Part shown: positions 1 to 11,400 of the stretch, one piece after another | Layout of the letters: every line of letters starts with the position of its first letter | Position numbering within the stretch: the first letter of the stretch is position 1 | Assembly: GCA_000934665.2 (NCBI GenBank) | Contig: JYFJ02002099.1 | Span: forward strand, 124,001 to 179,491 | Source: Catajapyx aquilonaris | Lineage: Eukaryota | DNA: 55,491 bases | Reading direction: 5' to 3' | Made by a program: the position numbers and the translations under genes | The notes under the pieces: model-generated | Database searches by the model: none | Told to the model about the DNA's origin: nothing | Seen by the model: only the letters and a program-made list of their open reading frames with translations

Positions 1-1929
1 AAATTATGCATATGGTTGATACAAAAATATTGAGATGTTGTCGCAATATTTTTGACCCATATTACCACTATATAATTTTCGTGTCATGTTCACACAACAA
101 GCCGTGAATTATCCACTACAGCAGTAATTTCCGCCATTTATGACCCGACCCTATCCCCATTCATTTTTAGCAAAGGTAGGCCTTCTCCCGTAAGTAGGCC
201 AGCAACCATGATCAATACGAGCATTGATTCCGCCACCTGTTGGAAGCCAGGCTAATAATACGGAAATGTCCACAATAATGTCCACCGCACCCTAAAACGC
301 AACACAAGAAGTTACGTCACATAATAATATTCAGGTCCGTTGACATTTGCGACGTTGCCACGATGTATGTGTCCTGGGAATAATATAGGTTACGGTAGCT
401 GGGCGGGGCATTTTCTGCTGGACTTGTGCAGGTATGTTTGATCCTACATGTTATACTAGGGGTGGAGGTATTGTTGAAATGGACCGATCAATACAGGGCG
501 TCTGGCCTATTGGCCTATTTGTCGATGGAGCTTTCCCTAGGGGGGTTGGCGTCGCTCGAGTCTGGTCAGGGCGGGTATGTCTCCCGAATGTAAATATTGC
601 GCCATGGCTGAGCAAGGGAGAGAAAATAAACAGGACAATACAATGCAGGTCCCACGTGCTTTAGTCACAAATATGCCTGAATTTTTGTTGAATTAAAAAA
701 ATAGCAAGTGAACTAACATAATGACTACAAATCTAGCAAGTGTCCCATATATAGGGTTAAAGATGAAAAGTGGTCAGTGTCTGATATTAATTTTATATGC
801 ACAAAATATTTTAGACAGAAGTCGTTCAACTTTTAGTATTCTTGACTATATGTTTGTCTTTTTTTATGATGAGGAAGTCAGGTCCATTTATGGACAAAAA
901 TGTACACAGTACATGTTCAATCTGGAAGTCAATAGCTATCGGTAAAGCTAGCCACTTTCCCCGCTATTGTTATATCGACGGCTATCTTTAGCGTACCTGC
1001 AGATATGGCTAGCTATAAATAGAGTATAGTGTATATGTATGTAAATCTCGGCGCAACTGCAGCACTATCAAATAATTTAGTGCTGCAGTATCTGACTTGA
1101 AATGCGTCATAAATAGTACCCCTGAGATAGGCCGTTTTATATCTGCACAATAAAAGCATATCAAGTTATACCAAAAGTCTATTGCGCTGGTTCAACCAAT
1201 CATTTCGTGTAGGCTATCTACAGCAATAGGAAAAATACAGTCAAGAAAATAATTTATTGCTCTCGCATGTTAAGTGGTTTTAAATTTTTATAGTTGCATA
1301 AATGCTCTGGAATTGTTTTAAAATGTTACTTTAAATTTAAATGTTATTAAGTAATAGTTTCTATGCATTTTATCAGGAAATGGCCTTGATAGCCATGAGG
1401 TACTGTATACATATGGTGCGAAGGGCTACATAACGCCCAATTTGTACCAAATTATGCATTTCGGTTCCCCACTGATTTGACCTAAATGGGCCTGACATGT
1501 TGCACACCGATTGATCCCCAAACATTAACCGGACCAGACCAACTAACAACACCCTGTCAATATAGTCATATCCCATCATATCTCAATCAGATTGCGAAAC
1601 TGGAAAATTAGACAAAATCTCTTGGAGTACATATTATTATCTTTAAAATATTTTTAGCGACTGATCATTCTTGGCTTTCGTATAACCCGCCACAGACCAA
1701 AGACGGTACTACCGCCACCAACGCGATAAACTATTGATATTTCCCATCACCACTTCATCAGAAGCTTTTCAGAAGAGCCCCTGAAGACTGCTGAAGATGA
1801 TCAACTCTGCTGTTGTTTTTGGTCAGTTTAATCAACTATACACTTTTCCAGACTCAGGGCAGCAGCCTCAGTACACTACAAATATTTGCAACTAATTGTT
1901 ACGACAACCTCATTACTGCTGCGGTAGCA

Positions 1930-3828
1930 ATGGAAGTGACATGTCAAACATTTCCAGAGCGAACGACCACTGAAGGAGGAGGAATGGCTCCACCGCCCCC
2001 GCAGCAGTTCTGCCTGCGATGGAACAACCACCAGGCCAACCTCCTGGCCGCGTTCGAGCAGCTTCTGTCCAGCGAGTCCCTGGCTGACGTGACCCTTGGG
2101 GTTCAACCGGCTGGGTTGTTCCTGCGTGCTCACAAGCTGGTGCTGTCTGCATGCAGCCCCTACTTCCAGGAGCTGTTTGCCCATACACCAGACAGGCATC
2201 CCGTTGTGGTCCTCAAGGACGTGGCCCATGCGGACATGCGCGCTCTACTGGACTTCATGTACCGAGGGGAAGTCTCCGTGGCGGAGGACCACCTCTCTGC
2301 GTTTCTCAAGGTGGCTGAATCCCTGCAGATACGAGGGTTGGCTGACGTTGGAGGAGGAGGCGGAGGAGGAGGCGGGCAGCGACAGATGGTCACTGCCACT
2401 CCTGCCACTCCGCCACTGATACCGCAAGTTCACCCCGCATCGCCAACGCACGAGCCTTCCGTAAGTTGAGCTACGAGTCCAACCATAAATTAATCATGAA
2501 ATATTGTACCCGCATGGGCCATAAGAGGGGTGATCGATGCAGTAAGAAGTCATAAAAGCATCACCTGATTCAGTCTGTGATCCTAACCAATTGCTTAGAC
2601 TTTTGTTCCCTTAATTGAAGCTGTAATTTTGTACCTGATATCACTACAAACCCACACTTAGGATCTGCCCGCACTGGAATCGCCAAAAGAGCCACTGGCT
2701 GTTCCCAGTGCTGCCAAACGAAAGCGGGGACGTCCACGACGTATGGATGGATTTGCTGAATGTGCACCCTTGCCGCCACAGTCACATGACGTACCATCCA
2801 ACTGTCTTCCTGAGGACTTGCCAGAAATTGTCGAGTCCCCAGAAGGATTGGCCACCAGGGAGACTTCTACCAAAAGGAGGCGGCGACCTCCGTCATCAGC
2901 GTCAGAGACTGAGCCGGTGATAGAATTGAACGACCCACTCAAGCTTGAGGATGACCCTGCTGCCAGAACGTCGGGTAGTACCATATTATGATTATTATGA
3001 TGGAGAATAATTACAAAATATTGAGAGATAAATCCACTGACACTTTGTGAGCTCATTTGTGAAGCATCCAATTATGCAATTTATACAAAACTGCAGCATG
3101 TCTCTTAACCCTTTGATGGAGGTTCATAGGCAATCAATCTCATACTTTCAGATGACATGTCTTCCGCTGCAAGGAGTGTCGGAATCACCCAGGAAATGGA
3201 CACCAACAGTACGGGTAGGTGTGATAATGAGGGATGGTGGGATTGTTCTGACGGGAATGGGAATGGTGAGGGTTGGGAATTGTATGCGCCTGGCAGCAAC
3301 GATGTGGATTCAACTCTGGGAGGCTGCGGACCCCCCGCAGCCAATACCACACCACGTGAGTATTGGAACATACTAATAAATATAGCTGTCTCAAGCAGCC
3401 AAAGTTTATCAGGACAAAAGAATACAGCCAATAAGCTTAGCATAGATACTGTTGATGTCAGTGATAAACATAATAAAATATTAAGCCAACGGCAGCCTTT
3501 TTGTTACTGGCTCTCGCGATCAAATCTCGAAATCTGTCAAATTTAGCATGAGGCAACTATATTGGACACCAGTTCGAGTCATTTACAATGTCTCAAAGGC
3601 CAATTCTTTTTTATGCTAGGGACAGCCCAGACAGCTTTCCAATGCCAGATTTGCCAACAGACATTCACATTCCGGACTAACCTATCTCGACACATCAAAT
3701 ACGCTCATGCTGCCAGCCTGCCATGCAACTACTGCCCTCGCCGTTTTAGACGCCCGGAAGCTCTAAATCACCACCTCCATGTGGTGCACCAAGTCAACAC
3801 CGATGTGTACTACAATAAAAACTCTTGA
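1930..3828 (+). CDS. Tramtrack-type BTB/POZ + AT-hook + C2H2 zinc-finger transcription factor (lola/ttk/broad/bab-like family), isoform A
   Basis: QQFCLRWNNHQ...AHKLVLSACSPYF...LLDFMYRGEV...FLKVAESLQIRGL BTB signature. Exons 1930-2460, 2662-2974 (AT-hook KRKRGRPRR), 3152-3355 (alternative donor 3214), 3620-3828 (CQIC..HIKYAH / CNYC..HLHVVH finger pair). All junctions GT-AG and phase-compatible. Confidence 0.85.
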
Positions 3829-4056
3829 AACGATCATAAAACAGTCTTAGCATTTGCAACTGTACGTCACAAGTCCACTGGCAACACTGGCCTCTGGGAA
3901 AGAAGTAAAATGAGCAGGGTGTGCACTGAGCAGCGAGTAATTTATAGGTAGGCCCACGTGCATGGGCTGTACGTGTGTATGTGTGTGTGTCAGTCATTTA
4001 CTTGCCCGACTGTCGTAATGCTTTTCCATAACAATTATTTATCTTACTCTTCACAG

Positions 4057-4331
4057 CTCAACCTGAGACAGATTGGACCATTCACGGAAAGGATGTATCA
4101 GAATATGTGCTGACGGCACCAAATGGAACGTACATATGCGCTGTGTGTTCCAGTGTGTTTCGGAACAAGTACAGCTGCCAGAGGCATGCATTCTTGTACC
4201 ACGGAGGTAAAGAGCGCAAGGCATACCCATGTCCAGAATGTGGAAAGCTGTTCTCCCGTCCAGACAAGATCAGACGCCACATGCGAGCAATGCACCCTGA
4301 AAAGATAACTACTGTGTTCCACCCATTCTGA
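4057..4331 (+). CDS. Alternative terminal exon B of the BTB gene: second C2H2 finger pair
   Basis: Acceptor tcttactcttcacag, phase 1 like exon A; CAVC..HAFLYH and CPECGKLFSRPDKIRRHMRAMH. Confidence 0.8.
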
Positions 4332-5088
4332 CATCTTCACAGGCCTGACAAATTCAGCAAAACACTGCCAATATTACTGACCTCATGGGATGGGCAATAT
4401 GTGGGAGGGAAATGTCATAAGCAATATCTGTGGTAATGACTAGTTGATAATAAAACGAGGGATCCACCGCGCTTTTTTTGTTTCTTTACTTTTCCTTGGT
4501 TGCCCTAAACATTCATTTCTGCTTTTTAAAATCATTTTTGAATCATTAATAAGCTTTTTTTTTGCCTTTGTAAGGGTCATAGCTTTATTCAGTGGGTATC
4601 TCTGCCCAAGTTCACAATATGAAAATGAAGGAAGGAAACGTTGATGGATTATTCACACTTAGCGATATAAGCAAAGTCATTTACATTTTTCCACGTTTCT
4701 CTCCACGGACTGTCAACTTGGGCAGAAAAACACTGTATATGTTACTGCCATTATTTTCTGGATCCTGAATTTAATGCACATATTTAGATGTTGGTTTTGA
4801 AATATTGTTCTATTTTCGTTAGCTGTGAGCAAAAAGGCATGCTCTAATTTTCTGTCATCCAGTTATTGACTTTTACGCATGTCACATATTTTTCTAAAAC
4901 ATGCAGTTCAACATTTGAACACCAGCAGCTGTAACTAAGTACAAACTGTCTTCATGCCAAACTATTACAGCATTGCTCAAATGTGCAGTGATGTTGGAAA
5001 TTGCCAAAATAGCCACCCTGCACTTCTTAAGGACATAGCAGAGCTTCCCTTGCTGCCTTCCTCTCGTGACCTAATTTTCCTCTGGCAG

Positions 5089-5631
5089 ATGAGGAGCCTC
5101 GCCACGCACCTTCCCCTCGCCCACACACGTCATCTGGAACCTCCGAGTGCTGGTCCGATTCACCTCTTCACCTAACATTGAAAGTGGAGCCAGACGAAGC
5201 TCCCCAGTCAGTGTCCAGCCAACGTACGTTGTCCGAACTACATGTTGTCTGCTATAATTCTTGTAAGCTGTTTCTTTATCGCATACATAATTCCTGCGTT
5301 TAACAAAACTCTGCTTCTCATCTTGTCAGCAGTAAGCCAAAGCCCGATGCACATGGAGCCATCATCCCAGCCCATCTTCTGCTCCGAAGGTATTCAGGTC
5401 TTCCCGGTAGCTGGCCCAAAACGAAGGGAGTCCGTCTCTCAGCGGGTGTCCAGGCTGTACCATCCTAACAAACGTCAAGCTGCATACGAGGAGAGGGCTA
5501 CAGAGATGCAGAGGCAGCGGGATGAAGAATTCGTGACTCGCATCATTGCCAGGGTGAGGGAGGAGTGCGAAGCAGAGGGTGAGACATCGCAGGTCAAACG
5601 CTACCGGAGGCGGAGCAGGACCTTTTACTGA
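5089..5631 (+). CDS. Alternative terminal exons C of the BTB gene (no zinc fingers; basic/coiled C-terminus)
   Basis: Exons 5089-5223 (phase 1-1, DEEPRH...LKVEPDE) and 5330-5631 with good acceptors and donor; AATAAA at 5661. Confidence 0.6.
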
Positions 5632-6948
5632 AATGTACAATTGGGAGGGGGGGAGGAACAAATAAAACATTAATCAAAATATATCCTACTGAGTATTTCA
5701 TGGATCCGTACTTATTGCTGGTGGCACTTTACAAAGACCATCCTTATTAATATAAATCAGAGTTTTTTAAAAAATATCGTTCATGTATGTATGTATGCCA
5801 TGCCTATTTAACCCACTTGCCGAGTCCTGAGAGCTCTGAACCTTGGCATGCCCCATGTCTGACATTTTGCTGATTCCAGGAAAAGTCTGAAAACCGCACT
5901 TTGTTAAATCTAAATGCCCAAAATTCAGGGCTTTTCCTTTTTTCAAATTCTTGTCTCATCTACGTCCACTGTTACCATGACACTACATAGCGATGTGTTG
6001 ACAGCAATATGAATGTTGCATAGTAATGAATGTATGGTAAGTAAAGTGTTCTGAGGTATAGAAGGACAAGAGAATAAAGGACCCAGTTTTCCTTCACTGC
6101 TCATATATTCCAGTAGAACCAGCTCATACACATACTTGTGGCTAAGAATACAACACTGACCACCCTGTCAGCCCCTCCAGCAGCAAACCCATGCTTCGCG
6201 AGGGTCTAAACGTCTGCCACGACAATCGCAGAAGGTAATGGTGTCGGTCGTGCAGGACTTCCTGCAGTACTAAATTGGTAGGTCGTCATTATCACAACCA
6301 GCAGTCTACCTTCGAAAATATCGAAAAATTAGTTAGCAACGGAATTGGATAGTCCAGGCTGAACACCATCGTTCCACTGAAGTGCGATTTTAATTATCTG
6401 CCTATTTATCATTTAAAATAAATACGAAATTTGTATGGACGTAACAAAATCACCCGTAGTGTCTGAACCTGGGCACCCTTAGTAACTTCCAAGAACCAGT
6501 TGATTGAAGGATAAATTGGATAGTTATTGTATATGGAAATAAACCAATGTAATGAAGATGTAAGTTCAGGAAGTAATGTACAAAGACAGTCTGTTATAAA
6601 AAGGTGGATCATGACTACACCTATGTAATGCATCACTTACACAAACGTTCAGTTAGCAACATATGCTACTATATGAATAATAGACTGCTGCTAAAGACTG
6701 ATAGTAGTTAAATAATTATGGCTTAGAAGCATTTGGAAGCATTCAACTTTCGCATCCCAAACTCCATTTGTCATAATGTGCCGTCAATTTCTCTGGACGA
6801 ACACAGTAGATATAACAGCCACGGTTATAATAATGAACTTTCGGTTATAACAGACTCGAAAGGCTGGTCCCGCTATACATCTAAAAGGCACTGTGTATTT
6901 TCACTCCTGCTGTACGTATAACATACCCATTTTAATCACACCTCACAG

Positions 6949-7048
6949 CTACTGCTAGTCACTGCTAACTTAGCAGCACCAGTGTTGTTGGCAATGGTAC
7001 TGCTAAGTTGGCAGTAACTATAGCAGTAGTGGGACGAAAATTCCACCC
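6949..7048. mobile_element. Palindromic MITE (left end truncated), same family as 49615-49727
   Basis: ctactgctagtcactgctaacttagcagcac...gtactgctaagttggcagtaactatagcagtagtgggacgaaaattccaccc inverted repeat; matches the 49.6-kb copy. Confidence 0.7.
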
Positions 7049-7329
7049 ATTGCTTTGGTTAGGCACTAGTATTGTGTAGTACACATCTCAGGTACTGTCT
7101 GCTGTGCTGCATGAAGACCAAACCAACAAGTGTCAAAAGGGGCACGACGCGTCATTTGACTTGTTCCACCATCGTTCCAATTCCATGCTCCGAAGTTGAA
7201 CCCACCCGATCCACCAAGAACACCTCCGAACATGCCTCCGAACCAAAGCTTTGCTCCAAACCCTCCAAAAAATTCAATCAAATCCATGACAAATTCGATC
7301 CAACAATTTGGCGCCCAAACCGAACGTTC

Positions 7330-7800
7330 CTTACCTGACGCGGCCATCTTGGATGTCGCATTTGGCGCGAATTTGACATCGCTGAGCCAACAGGAGAACA
7401 TGGCCGCACGGGAGGTAAACCACCGCATTTTTGCTTCCATTATCCTCGCCCAGCTGATCCCACATGTTCCGCCATGGAACGTACAAGGGTTACACTTCAG
7501 GCTGGTAAAATTCGACCTGAAATTACATATCGGATTGTAATTAAATAGTACTGTGGTTAAAACATAATGTGGTTTAATTATGGTGGGAGTATGTTAATGA
7601 CGGTGTTGGCACCATTGGGTGTTAATTAAAAACAGGTGTTTAAGTACTGGTTTGAATTTAAAATTAGCGTTAATTACTGTAATTAGTAATTCCCGGGTAC
7701 GGCCGTTTACACCAGCCATCCGTTCGTTGATTGGCCCTCCCTGCTCCGATCCTCCTTCCTGATTGGTCCAGCGATGCGACTAGTTGGTGTAAACTATTTC
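7330..7800. promoter_or_regulatory. Orphan CpG-rich promoter-like region
   Basis: Two ATTGG (CCAAT) boxes at 7730 and 7762 (32-bp spacing), E2F-like TTTGGCGCGAA at 7361, YY1-like GCGGCCATCTTG at 7340. Confidence 0.5.
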
Positions 7801-7809
7801 CGTTAATTC

Positions 7810-8078
7810 CCACCTCCTGCCGAGTTCTGCCCCCCTTGCACCTCTCTCTCTGTGCAGATGACTCGCCTCCGTCATAATTCATCCCGCGTAAGCTGGTCCA
7901 GGCAGATGACAGCTCCGCTCCCCTTTTCCTCGCAGCATCCCGGAGAGAGTTGAAGGAGAGAGGACTTCCCCACACCTTCCCGTGGGTGGGAACCCCCTTT
8001 CGGGCCATTGCGGCGCGACTGCACTTGGCGCACAACAGAGGCAACTCTGCCAGGGGGACAGAACGCGACTGGAGGTGA
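7810..8078 (-). ncRNA. Candidate structured RNA of unknown class (~270 nt; long closing stem, multibranch interior)
   Basis: Minus strand 5' UCACCUCC-A-GUCG-C-GUUCUGUCCCCCU-G-GCA pairs with 3' UGC-A-AGGGGGGCAGAAC-U-CGGC-A-GGAGGUGG with three G-U wobbles; several internal hairpins. Confidence 0.35.
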
Positions 8079-8469
8079 CACACTTGTTGGCATCACACTG
8101 TCACTGTAATAATAAAAAAAGGAAGGCTGAAATTAAGACAGAGAAAAGTGTGGAAAATATCACTGTAATTCGCCTTTGTTCCTTCTCCAAAAAAATATTA
8201 CACACACTCTTATAATCCGGCGACAGTTTGTTCCCAACAATGGAAAACACTTAAGCGTTTGACTGTGAGTGTCGTACAGACGTACAGGTCAACCAAAAAC
8301 AAATAAAGTAAATTGACACGCATTATTCATCTTATAACAGGGTACACAAATTATACACTCACAGCTGCAAGAAAAAAAAAACATCTTGTATTTTACAAGT
8401 CAAAAAAATAGTTCTTCAACACAATTTTCTTGTAACGAAAAGAAAATAATGTTCTCTGCTATGTACATG

Positions 8470-11400
8470 TCACTGTGGCCGATTACGGAGATTGTACTCT
8501 GAGCCACTGCCTCTCCGCCTGTCTACTTTGATGGTTGGGCCCTTGTTGAGCTCCCGCTGGAGCTGGAGGGCCAGCTTGAAGTCCTCCTGCTCCTGTCGGA
8601 TCCTCTTCTCCAGGAGGCGCTGCCCTTCCATGATGCTCTCGTCCAGTACTGGACGGGGGAGGTCCAGTACGCGCCTCAGGGGAACCAAGGCAGGAGTCGC
8701 GGACGACGTGGAAGGTTCGGTGCGCGTCCGTTTGGGTGGGGGCCGGGAGGTGGATGGCTCCTCGTCCCCACCTCCCGCATGTTTTGGAGTGGCCGACACA
8801 AATGGAGATGATCCATTCTCTGGGAAATATATCGAACATAATTAATCTGGAAGTTAACTCATCATCATCTTTCTCCTAATAATAATAATCACGACAAATG
8901 TTGATTTTCCAGAATACTGATATAAGCAGTTATTCATTTATTTATTTATTTATTTAATTTACTCTGTGATGGGCCACATTGGCCCTTTCAGGCTTTACTT
9001 GACTAGAACCTTTTACGAATCACCCTGGTCCAAGGGCAGGTGTGACTGGGAGGGGATGTGCATAACGCAAGTGCAATGTCTCAAATTGTACATTTTGTGA
9101 ACTCCCCCAGGTGGATTAGTCTGTCGGAGATTCCACCCGAGACGAAGCCAGAGACAACCCACCACTGCATGAGATGAAGGGGGGAGACCCCGGGCTGGGA
9201 TCGAACCTGGAACCCTCCCATTCGTGGGTGCATACGTTACCGCAGCACCACTCTGCCTCCTTCGATACAGGCAGTTATGCATTCACCAAAGCCTATCGAA
9301 ACGATAGCTAATCAACTCCAAGGGCTTGATTTTTAAATCGGACTGCAAACAGTCTGATGCACTTGAGATAAGCAGACACATGTTGTTAGAAGAACTAGTA
9401 CTGATTCAACAGGATTCATCAGCAGTCATCAACAGATTACTGTAATAGCAGGTACCCTCAAACCACCACGTCCACGTGATTTACTTCAAATGGACAGTCA
9501 GAGATGCAATTAATTTTATCCTCCAAAAATCAAATGTACAGCAAAACCAATCAAATTACCTGCAGCCAGAGAAATGGAGGCAACTGGCGCCAGAAGTGGG
9601 ACAGATGGGCTGCGAAATAAACACATAATTAGAACCAGAATGAGATGTGACAATTAACCTAGGTTTTAAGCCACCACGTTAGGGGCACCACATTCAAGCT
9701 CAAATCAGTCTACTATTTGATACGCACACATTTGAATAGCATGGAACAGAATCTGTTCTTTTTGCTAGAATGGCATGCCTCGTAGAATGTATGAGAGGTG
9801 CTAAAGTTGAATACCTCTCAGGTGAAGCGAATGACAAGGGTCGTGCTCGGATAAGTGTGGGCTCCTCCACCTTCCCATTTGGCAGCTTTCGGGGAGGAGT
9901 GAGAGGGGCTGACTGGATAGGGCGAAAGTGAGTTAATTCCCCTCGCAGACTGTCTGGACTGGTGGATGAACGCCGGTTTGGGCGACGAGCAGGAGCACTA
10001 GAGGTCGATGCAACAGGACTTGCAGGAGGAGTTGCATCTGCTGAAAAGGTTCACAAAAATTGGAGGTAAATTATAGCATATCGCTTTGCAAGTACGATTT
10101 ATTCAACTTGGGTAGAACATTGGGCACCATTCAAGCTATTTACATTTCATTCCTCTCTAGAAATGTTATTTTTCAATCCTTGATTAATAATATCCTCCTT
10201 TACTTAAGGTATTTTAATTGGCCATGGTTTACATACCTCTGTGGAAGCCATTGTGCCCATTGCATGGCGGAGTCTCGTAGTTGCCATTCACTTCCACTTT
10301 CAACTGTTCCTGCAACAATTCCAACTTCTCTTTCTGAAAAAATCACTGAGTCAAATCTGTGCATGCAACGTTAAATTCTGCGTCAAAAATACGTTCGCAA
10401 TGAAGGCAAACGTGACAGGCAGTATCACTTGTTTATCTGGTATTTGCAAATCATTTACAAATCATACCTAGAGGAGAAATGTTTGCTGTTAAGTGGCAAA
10501 GACGAATAGCAAGAGTGAACTATTCGCAGACTTACTACTAGCCTCATCCCTGGTTGATCCAGTTTCATACTGGCATGCCACTCTATTCAGTGATGCATTA
10601 TTAACATTCCCAGCCAACCAAACATTGGTGAATTTCGGAGATTCCTGAGCCTAATAAATACAGTGCATAAAAGAAGGTTGCAACTGTGACTGTCCAATCA
10701 TGCAACATCCTGCACGACATGAAAGCAAATAACCTTTTATTGTAGTACGATGTCTGGCAATTGCATGCATTCATTGACGCATCATAACTGAAGCTGTTTC
10801 ATTGCAGCATCAAAATAACCAAGTGACATGTTGTTTGAGCCACAACACACCATGTACTGTACGTACAGGGTGTTCCTCAGCCCATGTTGGCAATGTGAAG
10901 AGTGGGGGCAGGGGACGGATTAGTCACTCCTGGCAATGTAAACAAAGTAAGCAGAATGTAGGAAGCAATGAAATACCTGGAAATACCCTAGGCTTATGCT
11001 GGATGTGACTCTGGGCAAACAAGATGCCAAACATGCATAACTCTCGATAAATCTAGTCTTGCGTGTCCTCTCAGGGTTACAAGTTACAAATTAATCTATG
11101 TTACATTCACAGGCAAATGCCATCAAATTACCTGTTCCATACTCTATAGTGAACTGTAAAGAGGCTCCTGGTTAGAGAGTAATTTTACTGCCTGCCTGGA
11201 GGTAAATCACCTCATTATTGATGTCATTTGAACAAGAGCGGTAATTACTGGTGGCGTGTGTTTGTTCACAACAGATGTCAAAACATTACAAAGCCTTTAC
11301 ATTCTTTGCATACTTCTCCGTATGTGCAGTTGCAATGTGTGAACTTGAGTCAAGGTCATGATCACTCACAATAGTGAGACATGACTTGGTCACATCAGGC

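Noticed and set aside
1056..1089. Perfect 12-bp hairpin ACTGCAGCACTA/TAGTGCTGCAGT
   Set aside because: Isolated, with no second copy or other element features in the window; function cannot be assigned.
7309..7320. TGGCGCCCAA after CAACA-ATT, resembling a tRNA-Lys primer-binding site
   Set aside because: Only 10 nt match; no LTR pair or gag/pol ORF; lies in a probable first intron.
7057..7492. Telomerase-template-like 7-mers on the minus strand (CCTAACC at 7057, TAACCCT at 7486)
   Set aside because: Short enough to occur by chance; no pseudoknot or H/ACA domain recognised around them.
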